From: Cuniculiplasma divulgatum
GTDB lineage: Archaea; Thermoplasmatota; Thermoplasmata; Thermoplasmatales; Thermoplasmataceae
NCBI RefSeq assembly: GCF_900083515.1
Contig: NZ_LT671858.1
Location: 1,080,001-1,112,000, forward strand
Direction: 5' to 3'
DNA: 32,000 nt
A program made the translations under genes and the position numbers. This document shows, piece by piece, positions 17,396-25,109 of the stretch; position 1 is the first letter of the stretch; the number at the start of each line of letters is the position of its first letter. The notes beneath the pieces are model-generated. The model was not told where the DNA came from and did no database searches. It was given only the letters and a program-made list of their open reading frames with translations.

Positions 17396-18384
17396 TAGAA
17401 AAAGTCTCTGTAGTAATAACTGCCCATAATAGAAAAAAATATCTTTTGGAAGCAGTTAACTCAGTGTTGCATCAGGTGAATCCTGGTGTTGAAATTGAAA
17501 TCGTGGTAGTGAAGAATTTCGTTGACGATAAAATAGATTCTTTCCTCATGAATTCTGGTGCAGTGAACATATATACAGATGAAGAGAGTTTTGGGAGTAA
17601 ACTCTCCCTTGGAATCAAAGCATCTTCAGGGAATATAATCTGCTTCCTTGATGACGACGACATGTTTAATCCTATTAAAATAGCACTAATAAGAAAGATT
17701 TTTGATGAAAACAAGGGGCTTTTATTCGTTCACAACGATATCCAGATCATTTCTGAGGAAACTACATGGAATACCGCTCGGGCTACTAATGAAGAAGCGA
17801 CTAAGTTTAAAGTATACAGTAGCGAGAAACTAAGTGGGAGAGAATGGGGAAAAATTCTATCTTCCAGAGCAGACTGGTACGTATCATGTGCTTCCATGGA
17901 TGCGCCATTCGCAAAATCTATTTCACAAATAGTGTATCAATCTAATAGAAGTTTAGATAAGATCCTGTTTCTTCTTGGTACAGGTAAAGAGGCATCGTTT
18001 GGGCTTTGCAAAAATCGACTTACTATGTATAGAAAGCATGAAAGTATTACTGGACTTAAAACGGATGTCACAGATTTTAGAAACAGGAGGCTAAAGTTCA
18101 CCAAAGAGTCAATTGAAAATCTAAGAAGAACTTTCAAGAGTTATATAAAAGGAGTGAATAATTTACCGTATAACTATATGCTTTTGAAGATGAAGGGAAA
18201 TTTAGCAATATACGATAAATATAGAAGGGGCAAAACTTTTAGAATAATGACCTCTGAATTAAAACATTTTATAAGATATGGTGGGGAAGAATATGCCTTA
18301 CTGTCGATTCTTCTATTTCTAAATATTTTTTCAAACAGGCTCTCTATTAGAGTATTTCGGTATATCCAAATAAGAGATATCTAA
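17392..18384 (+). CDS. GT2-family (GT-A fold) glycosyltransferase
   Basis: VSVVITAHNRKKYLLEAVNSVLHQ and GNIICFLDDDDMFNPIKI (DxD region). ATGA overlaps the upstream gene. Confidence 0.85.
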   Translation: MIEKVSVVITAHNRKKYLLEAVNSVLHQVNPGVEIEIVVVKNFVDDKIDSFLMNSGAVNIYTDEESFGSKLSLGIKASSGNIICFLDDDDMFNPIKIALIRKIFDENKGLLFVHNDIQIISEETTWNTARATNEEATKFKVYSSEKLSGREWGKILSSRADWYVSCASMDAPFAKSISQIVYQSNRSLDKILFLLGTGKEASFGLCKNRLTMYRKHESITGLKTDVTDFRNRRLKFTKESIENLRRTFKSYIKGVNNLPYNYMLLKMKGNLAIYDKYRRGKTFRIMTSELKHFIRYGGEEYALLSILLFLNIFSNRLSIRVFRYIQIRDI

Positions 18385-19139
18385 ATATTTCTGGAAAAGA
18401 ACTCTGATTCGATCTTATCGATTATTGTCTTGATCTTGCTAGATTTTTTGTGCTTATTTATAATCCACATACCAAAAACTGAAAGAAACATTTTTGGGAT
18501 GGTCTTGAAGACCCTAAGTTTTGAACCGTGCTCGTTGTTCCATTCTATACCCACTTCAACCGGCTCAAGGCCATATTCCATGGAGTGATAGATTACAGAG
18601 ACATCAAATGCCCAGTCAAAAACCCTTACCTTCTGTATTATCTCCTTCAATGATTTTGATCTGAAAACTTTAAGGCCACACTGTGTATCCTTGATGTCCA
18701 TTCTGAATAGAAAAAATACGAAATAATGGAATACCCTTCCAAATATGATCCTGTAACCTGGTTGCCTTACTTTTATTTTAGAACTTCTCATCCACCTTGA
18801 TGAAACAACAAAATTTCTATCCGTTAGAAGGGTTGACAACCTATTCACTTCTGAGGCGGGAATAGAACCATCTGCATCAACATATGCTATTATATCTCCA
18901 GTAGCCTTTTCTATTCCTTCCTTAACCGCTCTCCCCTTTCCAAGCCTGTGATTGTGCTGGATTACCTTACAATCAGGACAGATAGATTCTACGATTTCAG
19001 GTGTTCTATCCGATCCGTCAAAAACAACAATAATCTCCTTAAGATTTTCTACAGAACCCTTAATGTCTTTAATGGTAGAAGCAATGCGAGATTCCTCGTT
19101 GTATGCAGGGATAACTATAGATATTGTCTTATTTTCCAA
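18381..19139 (-). CDS. GT2 polyprenol-phosphate glycosyltransferase, Alg5/Dol-P-glucose-synthase-like
   Basis: ISIVIPAYNEESRI, IIVVFDGSDRT, GDIIAYVDADGS and DIKDTQCGLKVFRS are Alg5/GtrB-like blocks. TTG start at 19139 with a TATA-like element about 26 nt upstream. Confidence 0.8.
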   Translation of the reverse strand: MENKTISIVIPAYNEESRIASTIKDIKGSVENLKEIIVVFDGSDRTPEIVESICPDCKVIQHNHRLGKGRAVKEGIEKATGDIIAYVDADGSIPASEVNRLSTLLTDRNFVVSSRWMRSSKIKVRQPGYRIIFGRVFHYFVFFLFRMDIKDTQCGLKVFRSKSLKEIIQKVRVFDWAFDVSVIYHSMEYGLEPVEVGIEWNNEHGSKLRVFKTIPKMFLSVFGMWIINKHKKSSKIKTIIDKIESEFFSRNI

Positions 19140-19160
19140 GTTGCTGAGTATTAATTGAAT

Positions 19161-19170
19161 GGTTTTAAAC
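19161..19170 (-). promoter_or_regulatory. TATA-box-like element (GTTTAAAACC on the minus strand) about 26 nt upstream of the TTG start at 19139
   Basis: Motif and spacing were read directly; they imply a leaderless transcript. Confidence 0.4.
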
Positions 19171-19212
19171 TTTATTACGAATTAAAGAAATAAATAAGCA
19201 TATTATTATTTT

Positions 19213-19255
19213 TTAATGTGATTTAACTGCTTAAAACTGATTGTGCTCACATTAA
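19213..19255. repeat. 9-bp perfect inverted repeat TTAATGTGA ... TCACATTAA with a 25-nt spacer
   Basis: Arms are at 19213-19221 and 19247-19255. It lies between the stop of ORF 19310-19882 and the promoter of the GT2 gene at 19139. Confidence 0.6.
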
Positions 19256-19309
19256 TTTTAGTTTATGAAAACTCAGCGAAAAGTGGGATTTTTAATATTA
19301 TGGTCATAA

Positions 19310-19882
19310 TTAATTTCTCCCAAGATACTTCCTTGGAATTGCTACCAGAAACAGCATTAGAAGTAGGAAAGCAACAATAAGAGAAATATACTGATTATCT
19401 AACTCCAGTTTTGGCATATATACGTTGGTTGCGCTGTGCCTGGTTGATTGAAGAATAACGGGAACTGAAGTGTTACCTTCTATTGTTATATTGAGATAGT
19501 ATGGCAAATATGTATTATTACTGAAATTTATTTGAAATCTATAAAACCTGTTTTCGTCCACTTTAAAACGTAGATCTGAAAGGTTGGATCCTGTTACATT
19601 CATTGCCAGTCCTCCATTGATGTAGAATCTTCCCGATGGAGTTATATTTGAATTTGCCTCAATTAGGATAAATTTTATTTGCGTGTGTTTCAATGGAAGT
19701 AGCACCTGATGAGATGAAACCTCCGTAGACACGTTTATTTTAGAAATGGAATCATTTATCCAATTCGTTCGATCTCTTAAAATGTTATGATCCTGTGTCT
19801 GATACAAATATATGGATGATAACCCGGAAATAATAATCATAGAAATTAGAATGATTGTTATCAACCTTGGCAACCTGTTCAT
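19310..19882 (-). CDS. Small bitopic exported protein (N- and C-terminal TM helices, sequon-rich middle), function unknown
   Basis: 190-aa ORF. It has ITIILISMIIISGLSSIYLY at the N-terminus and ISLIVAFLLLMLFLVAIPRKYLGRN at the C-terminus. Several N-x-S/T sites are present (NDS, NVS, NIT, NVT, NLS, NFS, NNT, NIT, NTS). A TATA-like TTTAAGTATT lies about 28 nt upstream. Confidence 0.6.
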   Translation of the reverse strand: MNRLPRLITIILISMIIISGLSSIYLYQTQDHNILRDRTNWINDSISKINVSTEVSSHQVLLPLKHTQIKFILIEANSNITPSGRFYINGGLAMNVTGSNLSDLRFKVDENRFYRFQINFSNNTYLPYYLNITIEGNTSVPVILQSTRHSATNVYMPKLELDNQYISLIVAFLLLMLFLVAIPRKYLGRN

Positions 19883-19967
19883 CAGAATAAGGAATTTAAA
19901 CTAATACTTAAACTGCATTGTCCATTGAGAGCAAGAAATATTTAATCCCATTGGCTGTGCTTTAATA

Positions 19968-20495
19968 CTACAGCTTTTCAAACTCATCTTTGAACCAGTA
20001 TGCGTCCCAAGGAGAAACAATAAGCAGATCACCATGTTCTATTTTCTCGTGTACTAATTTTCCAAGGATGCACATCCTCCTATCTTCGTACAGGATTTTG
20101 TAATCTTCTGGCATAGCATTTGAGTAAAATATAAAAAATGCCCTGAAAAGAGACATTGTAATCTCAGAATTTAAGGATTCAACAGATTCGTTGATATTTT
20201 CCACGTACTTTGCAATCGTTTCAAGACCTAGTTCAAGGACTTTCCTCTTTACCTGTAGGTCAGTCGATTGTCCTTTGTCTGGAACTTTTCCTGCAAAATC
20301 GCATTCTACAACATTGACTGGAATATTCTTGAATTCCTCGGTCAATTTGTTCCCCACAGATTCACTGTTAGATTCCAGACTAATGAAAATTCTTCCGGGG
20401 TTCAATCCACTTATTAAACTAACAAGCTCTTTTAATGATTTTTCCCTGTTTTCCTCCTTTCCTGGTGCATATATAATAACTTCAAGTTTACTCAA
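19968..20495 (-). CDS. Hypothetical cytoplasmic protein, 175 aa, immediately downstream of aCPSF1
   Basis: The ORF starts 9 nt after the aCPSF1 stop on the same strand. It has no TM segments and no motif I recognise. An antisense track ORF (20191-20508) is its shadow. Confidence 0.6.
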   Translation of the reverse strand: MSKLEVIIYAPGKEENREKSLKELVSLISGLNPGRIFISLESNSESVGNKLTEEFKNIPVNVVECDFAGKVPDKGQSTDLQVKRKVLELGLETIAKYVENINESVESLNSEITMSLFRAFFIFYSNAMPEDYKILYEDRRMCILGKLVHEKIEHGDLLIVSPWDAYWFKDEFEKL

Positions 20496-20504
20496 TTATT
20501 TCAC

Positions 20505-22427
20505 CTAGTATAGTCTAATGGTTTCAAGATTCCTCAGTGCATGAGATTCTATTCCGAATTTCTGTCTAATCTGCCTTGCGAAATCCTGTGCATTTTCACT
20601 TTCACCGTGATTTACAAGTATTCTCTTTGGTTTTGGCATCATGGTTGCAATATATGCAAGTAATTGCTTTTTATCCGAGTGCCCAGAAAACCCTTCAGCG
20701 GTCTCAACGTTCATATTTACTTGATAGGTTGTCATCTTACCACCCTCACTCAGGCTTACTTCCTTTGCTCCTCTCTGCAACCTTTTACCGAATGTTCCTT
20801 CAGCCTGATAACCGACAAACACCAGAGAATTTTTTGGAGAATCTGACCATGCCTTGAAGAACTCCATAACTGGACCACCATTCATCATGCCTGAAGTTGC
20901 AAGAACAATATTACTTTCAGATGAATCGCATATCTGCAATCTCTGTTCTCTAGTTTCTACCTTCTTAAAAATAGGACTCATAAATGGGTTTTCTCTCTGA
21001 ATCATGATCTGTTCCCTTAGATTTCTGTTTAGGAACTCTGGGTAAGCTGCATGAATTGCTGTAGCCTCCATAATCATTCCGTCGAGATATACAGGTGTCT
21101 GTTTTATTGCTCCTGTTCTCATGGCTTCTTCAAGAACCATCATTACCTCCTGGCTCCTTCCTACTGCAAAAACAGGAATTAGGACTGAACCACCTCTTTC
21201 AAATGTACGATTTATTATATTGACAAGAATTTCAGATGCATCCTTTCTTGTCTTGTGGTAATCATCCCTTCCTGAATAGGTACTTTCCGTCATGAACGTT
21301 TCCACTCTTGGAAACTTATTATTGGCAGGATTAAAAAGCCAGGTCTTTTCAAACTTGACATCACCACTCAACACCACATTGTATAATCCATCTCCTATAT
21401 GCAGATGTACAGATGCTGATCCAAGAATATGACCAGCATTGTAAAATGTAAGTCTCACATCGGGAGTAATGTCAGTTGTTTCGTTATTTCTCAGTACTAT
21501 AGTTCTCTTCAATTCCTCCCTTATGTGCTTTGTTTCGTATGGAGCTTTATAACCCTCCATATGCGCTACCTTTATGAAATCGTTCTGGAGCAATACTGCA
21601 AGATCTCTTGTGGGCTGAGTCATATAGATTGGACCCTCATAGCCATACTTGTATAGCATTGGTGCCATTCCTGAATGATCTAGATGAGCGTGCGTTAGAA
21701 TTACTGCGTCAATTGAACTCAATGGCTGAACTTCTGGAAGATATAAATATGGTGAACCTTCCCACGGCTTCTCTCCTGCAGTGTTTGTGTTCATCATTCC
21801 GCAATCTATGAGTATTTTGGAGTTATTTGTTGATACCAGGGTAGCGCTTCTTCCAACTTCCCTATGACCACCAAGAGCAGTTAACCTTACCCAGGTCTCA
21901 CCAATCATAACAGGAGAATTCAATTTCTGCCCCAATGAATTGAGGAATTTCTTTCTTTCATCTTTGACCTCCCTCATGAATTCCCTTACTTCTTTTACAG
22001 TATGTGAATGCATTGGTGGTGCCCTGATTATCCTTGGAGACCAGTTAGTATTGTTTTTTATTGAATGTACATATTCGGAATCTTTCTGTGAAATAATAGA
22101 AGGTTCTTCAAGCTCTATTACAACCTCACCGGTATCCGATTCAAAATAAATATCCTTGAGTCCCGCCTCTTCGGGGATCGTATCTTCAACGATCTTCCTC
22201 ACCTGATCCTCGTCCTTGAGAATTGATGGATCTGGCCTAATGAATATCCTTCTTCTGATTTCCTGTGCTACCTTTATTGCAATATCATCCCTGTTCGCAA
22301 AAAGATCCTCATTCTTTGTATAAACAACGATATTTGGCCCTTCATAGACAACTTCTGTAATTTCGTTATCCGGAACAAGTCTCTTGAATATGGATTTTGC
22401 ATCCTCAATATAGTCTCTGAATACCAT
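20505..22427 (-). CDS. fttA: aCPSF1 / FttA: KH-domain beta-CASP metallo-beta-lactamase ribonuclease (archaeal transcription termination factor)
   Basis: 640-aa ORF with an N-terminal KH-like region and the MBL motif AVILTHAHLDHSG. It also has a beta-CASP region and C-terminal GFSGHSD and VNHGE motifs. Length and domain order are typical of aCPSF1. AGGAG lies 9 nt upstream of the ATG. Confidence 0.92.
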   Translation of the reverse strand: MVFRDYIEDAKSIFKRLVPDNEITEVVYEGPNIVVYTKNEDLFANRDDIAIKVAQEIRRRIFIRPDPSILKDEDQVRKIVEDTIPEEAGLKDIYFESDTGEVVIELEEPSIISQKDSEYVHSIKNNTNWSPRIIRAPPMHSHTVKEVREFMREVKDERKKFLNSLGQKLNSPVMIGETWVRLTALGGHREVGRSATLVSTNNSKILIDCGMMNTNTAGEKPWEGSPYLYLPEVQPLSSIDAVILTHAHLDHSGMAPMLYKYGYEGPIYMTQPTRDLAVLLQNDFIKVAHMEGYKAPYETKHIREELKRTIVLRNNETTDITPDVRLTFYNAGHILGSASVHLHIGDGLYNVVLSGDVKFEKTWLFNPANNKFPRVETFMTESTYSGRDDYHKTRKDASEILVNIINRTFERGGSVLIPVFAVGRSQEVMMVLEEAMRTGAIKQTPVYLDGMIMEATAIHAAYPEFLNRNLREQIMIQRENPFMSPIFKKVETREQRLQICDSSESNIVLATSGMMNGGPVMEFFKAWSDSPKNSLVFVGYQAEGTFGKRLQRGAKEVSLSEGGKMTTYQVNMNVETAEGFSGHSDKKQLLAYIATMMPKPKRILVNHGESENAQDFARQIRQKFGIESHALRNLETIRLY

Positions 22428-22478
22428 TTCTGATGACTCCTGAAAAATTTATTTTTTTAAAGTAATTAATAATAATAT

Positions 22479-23123
22479 TTAAAGATTTAATTTTAGCTTT
22501 TTAATTCTGCTCAAAACGTCTGATTCTTCGAGTTGAACATAGCCTTTATCTTTGGTAATTACGGCTACATCTATCATTCCACCTGATGCTGAATCCCTTG
22601 ATTTAGCTGCAGATATACCCTTAATTACAAGGTCTACCCCTTCATCAACTGTCATGTCTTTGTTATACATCGATTCAAGAACGCCGTACACAAATGGAGA
22701 TCCTGATCCTGTGCTGACAAATATATCCTCCACCGATCCTCCTGCTGCATCTACCGAAAAGATGTGTGGCTTTGAATCAACCCCACCTATGAGAATTTGT
22801 ACCATATAAGGATAGAACTTTGTCTGGTTTAGTATATTTGAAAGTAACGTGGCAGCGGCGCTGATTGGAATGTTTATTTTTCTTTGCATCCTGTATAGTT
22901 CTAGCTCTGCTTTCATGTATCTTACCAGTACCTGAGCATCTCCTACAAGTCCAGCAATGGTCATTCCAGCGTAGGTGTCAATTTGAAATAATTTCTGCCC
23001 GTCCTTGTGTGCTATAAAATGCTCCATTGTAACTCTTCTCTCTGTTGCCATTATAACGGCATCTTTGAGAGTGATAGCTACAGTTGTTGTTCCAGTTTCC
23101 ATTAATTTTTCCATTAATTCCAC
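22479..23123 (-). CDS. psmB: Proteasome subunit beta
   Basis: A propeptide ends in ETG, followed by the [19 protein letters not shown] active-site Thr. Blocks such as [17 protein letters not shown] and [15 protein letters not shown] closely match my recollection of the T. acidophilum beta subunit. Start is GTG 23123 (TATA about 28 nt upstream) or ATG 23114. Confidence 0.95.
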   Translation of the reverse strand: MELMEKLMETGTTTVAITLKDAVIMATERRVTMEHFIAHKDGQKLFQIDTYAGMTIAGLVGDAQVLVRYMKAELELYRMQRKINIPISAAATLLSNILNQTKFYPYMVQILIGGVDSKPHIFSVDAAGGSVEDIFVSTGSGSPFVYGVLESMYNKDMTVDEGVDLVIKGISAAKSRDSASGGMIDVAVITKDKGYVQLEESDVLSRIKKLKLNL

Positions 23124-23146
23124 TCCATTCAGTCAATAGCTATGTG

Positions 23147-23156
23147 TATTAAATAC
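23147..23156 (-). promoter_or_regulatory. TATA-box-like element (GTATTTAATA on the minus strand) about 28 nt upstream of psmB GTG
   Basis: Motif and spacing were read directly. Confidence 0.45.
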
Positions 23157-23472
23157 TTTTTAATTTTTTTAGCTCCTCGGACTTTTGTACTCACTGGGAC
23201 TGCATAATTCACTTAGAAACACAATCTCTTATTTGATCCCAGCATAAAAATTGGTAGAGATATAAATTTTGAAATATTCGTGGTTTAATTTCTAATAAAA
23301 TTCAATATTAAGCGATGATAATTTTCCATTGAATCTTTATTTTTACTTTAAAGAATTGGAAGAAATCTTTAAAATTGTTAAAAAAGAAGAATAATCTTTC
23401 AAAATAATGATAAACTACATTAAATAATATTTTTTCCTTAAATCCCTTAAGAAGCCATTTTAACTTACATTG

Positions 23473-23482
23473 ATTTTAAATA
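23473..23482 (+). promoter_or_regulatory. TATA-box-like element (ATTTTAAATA) about 25 nt upstream of ATG 23503
   Basis: Motif and spacing were read directly; they imply a leaderless CBS-protein mRNA. Confidence 0.45.
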
Positions 23483-23502
23483 TCTTATGAAAATGACAGG
23501 TT

Positions 23503-23925
23503 ATGGTACTAAATGCTGAAGATATCATGTCACCAATTCCATCGCCTCTTCCAGAGGATCTTGATGTGGCATCAGCCACAAAGCTAATGGCAAAGGATCA
23601 TAGAGGATACGTTCTCGTAGGAGAAAATGGTACCATAAAAGGAATAGTTACAGAGTGGGATTTTGTCAGTAAAGTTATGGCAGCAGGAATAAATCCTGAG
23701 AAGGTAAAACTTGGTGAAATAATGTCAACCGATATCAGAAGCATTCCTGAGGACACACCAACAAAGAAGGTTACTGTAATAATGAGCAAAAACGGAATAA
23801 GAAGGATACTGGTTGGAAGAAATGGCAAATTTGTAGGGATTATAACTTCAAGGGATATTCTTAGAATTTTCGAAGACTATGTAGAAAATGTAGAAAATGT
23901 GGCAGGCAAATATGGCCTGCTCTAA
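23503..23925 (+). CDS. CBS-domain pair protein
   Basis: 140 aa holding two CBS repeats (IMSPIPSPL...GYVLVGENGTIKGIVTEWDFV and IMSTDIRSIPED...RILVGRNGKFVGIITSRDIL). Confidence 0.88.
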   Translation: MVLNAEDIMSPIPSPLPEDLDVASATKLMAKDHRGYVLVGENGTIKGIVTEWDFVSKVMAAGINPEKVKLGEIMSTDIRSIPEDTPTKKVTVIMSKNGIRRILVGRNGKFVGIITSRDILRIFEDYVENVENVAGKYGLL

Positions 23926-23940
23926 ACATTCATTCGTAAA

Positions 23941-23954
23941 TTTTCATTTTTTTT
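23941..23954 (+). terminator. Oligo-T tract (TTTTcaTTTTTTTT) 16 nt after the CBS gene stop; archaeal-type intrinsic termination signal
   Basis: The T8 run at 23947-23954 was read directly. Archaeal RNAP terminates at oligo-T tracts. Confidence 0.5.
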
Positions 23955-23984
23955 AGAATGACATTTTGCTCAACATGAAGATTG

Positions 23985-23990
23985 AAAAAA
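23985..23990 (-). terminator. T6 tract (minus strand) about 20 nt after the stop of the exonuclease-like gene
   Basis: The A6 on the plus strand at 23985-23990 was read directly. This is a weaker signal than the plus-strand T8. Confidence 0.3.
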
Positions 23991-24011
23991 TGAATTGCAA
24001 CAAATTTCGTT

Positions 24012-24635
24012 TCAATATTTAAAAATGGATTTGTAAAGTTCTATAACATCATGAACATCACCAAGGGAATATTCACGTAGTTTTTTAGAATCATTTTTCC
24101 ACAAAAATTCAACGGCTTCAGCTGGATTCATACCATCAATCTGAATATTTTCTTTGACTCTCATTAGGTCAAGTTCATTATATAACTCGGAATTTACTAT
24201 TTTCCTGAGGCTCCTGATATTGTAATCTCCTGTTTTTACTCTCATATCAAGAGCGCAGGCATACATCATGTCAAGTAAATAAGATGTGCCAAAGAAAAAT
24301 TTCAATGCAAACAACTGTTTGGAGTATGGTAAGCTAACCAATTTTGTGTTTATCAGTGTAATATCATAACTCACGTGGTTATAGCCGATGATAACTTCTG
24401 GCTGATATGAATCCACAAAATCCTGTAACTGGAACAGGAGATCATATTCGTTATAATTACTGGGATCAGCCATTATTACATCATATTTTCCCTGAAGCGT
24501 TCCTACAGATACTGCTACTATTGATTCATTTCTCAAAAATCCTTCCTTCACCAGTGTTTCCAGGTCGAGGGCAAGGACACGAGTTGCCCCATTTATTCTT
24601 CTTCTGATTCTAGAAAGTCCTATATCAATGTCCAT
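24012..24635 (-). CDS. Standalone DEDDy 3'-5' exonuclease-like protein (RNase H fold, PolB-exonuclease-domain-like)
   Basis: 207 aa. Exo I-like LALDLET (DxE), Exo II-like IIGYNHVSYDITL (Nx3-YD) and Exo III-like EYSLGDVHD (Yx3D) occur in the correct order and spacing. Confidence 0.6.
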   Translation of the reverse strand: MDIDIGLSRIRRRINGATRVLALDLETLVKEGFLRNESIVAVSVGTLQGKYDVIMADPSNYNEYDLLFQLQDFVDSYQPEVIIGYNHVSYDITLINTKLVSLPYSKQLFALKFFFGTSYLLDMMYACALDMRVKTGDYNIRSLRKIVNSELYNELDLMRVKENIQIDGMNPAEAVEFLWKNDSKKLREYSLGDVHDVIELYKSIFKY

Positions 24636-24685
24636 TGAGTATAATTGTTTAGATAATATTATAACTATTTCTTTATTTCCCGATC

Positions 24686-25078
24686 ATGCACTTCACAAAT
24701 AGAATATACCTGAATGAACAGGTAGATATGCAGAAACTTGGAAATCTTGTATTAAGCTTCTTCAAGGAAGAGGGATTTATTACTCAGAGAATTAATCTGG
24801 ATCACACTCAAATTATTCAGGCAAAGAAAGGTGGTATAATGAGGGCTCTTCTTTCTACAAATAAGGCTTTCACCATTATAGTTAAAGGTGATCCAAATAA
24901 TATAGATGTAATTATGGGAATACGGGAGTGGATAGAAGAAGATTCAGAGTCAAAGTTGAAAACGGCAATAAAAACTCCGATTTCATTCTTTGAATCGGTA
25001 CCAGAGGCAATCTGGGCCTACGAACTTGAACACCACCTTTGGAATCATCTTGAAACCAACATTGAACTAGGTATATAG
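24686..25078 (+). CDS. Hypothetical small protein (130 aa; possibly starting at the internal Met, MQKLGN)
   Basis: The ORF is divergent from the exonuclease-like gene across a 50-bp spacer. I recognise no motifs and it has no TM helix. Confidence 0.5.
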   Translation: MHFTNRIYLNEQVDMQKLGNLVLSFFKEEGFITQRINLDHTQIIQAKKGGIMRALLSTNKAFTIIVKGDPNNIDVIMGIREWIEEDSESKLKTAIKTPISFFESVPEAIWAYELEHHLWNHLETNIELGI

Positions 25079-25109
25079 AGATTGCAATTTCCAAAATATG
25101 TAGGAATAT

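Noticed and set aside
2751-19882. Glycosylation island as a horizontally acquired genomic island
   Set aside because: There is no flanking tRNA, integrase or direct repeats, and no obvious compositional break by eye relative to the housekeeping flanks. I cannot support this from the sequence alone.
23305-23330. Possible C/D-box sRNA (GCGATGATAA resembles a C box)
   Set aside because: The sequence does not match RUGAUGA exactly. No CUGA D box or terminal stem lies at an appropriate distance.
23124-23502. AT-rich spacer as a replication origin
   Set aside because: There are no recognisable ORB or mini-ORB repeats and no orc1/cdc6 gene adjacent. AT-richness alone is not diagnostic in a genome of this composition. 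It is kept only as an unexplained long spacer.
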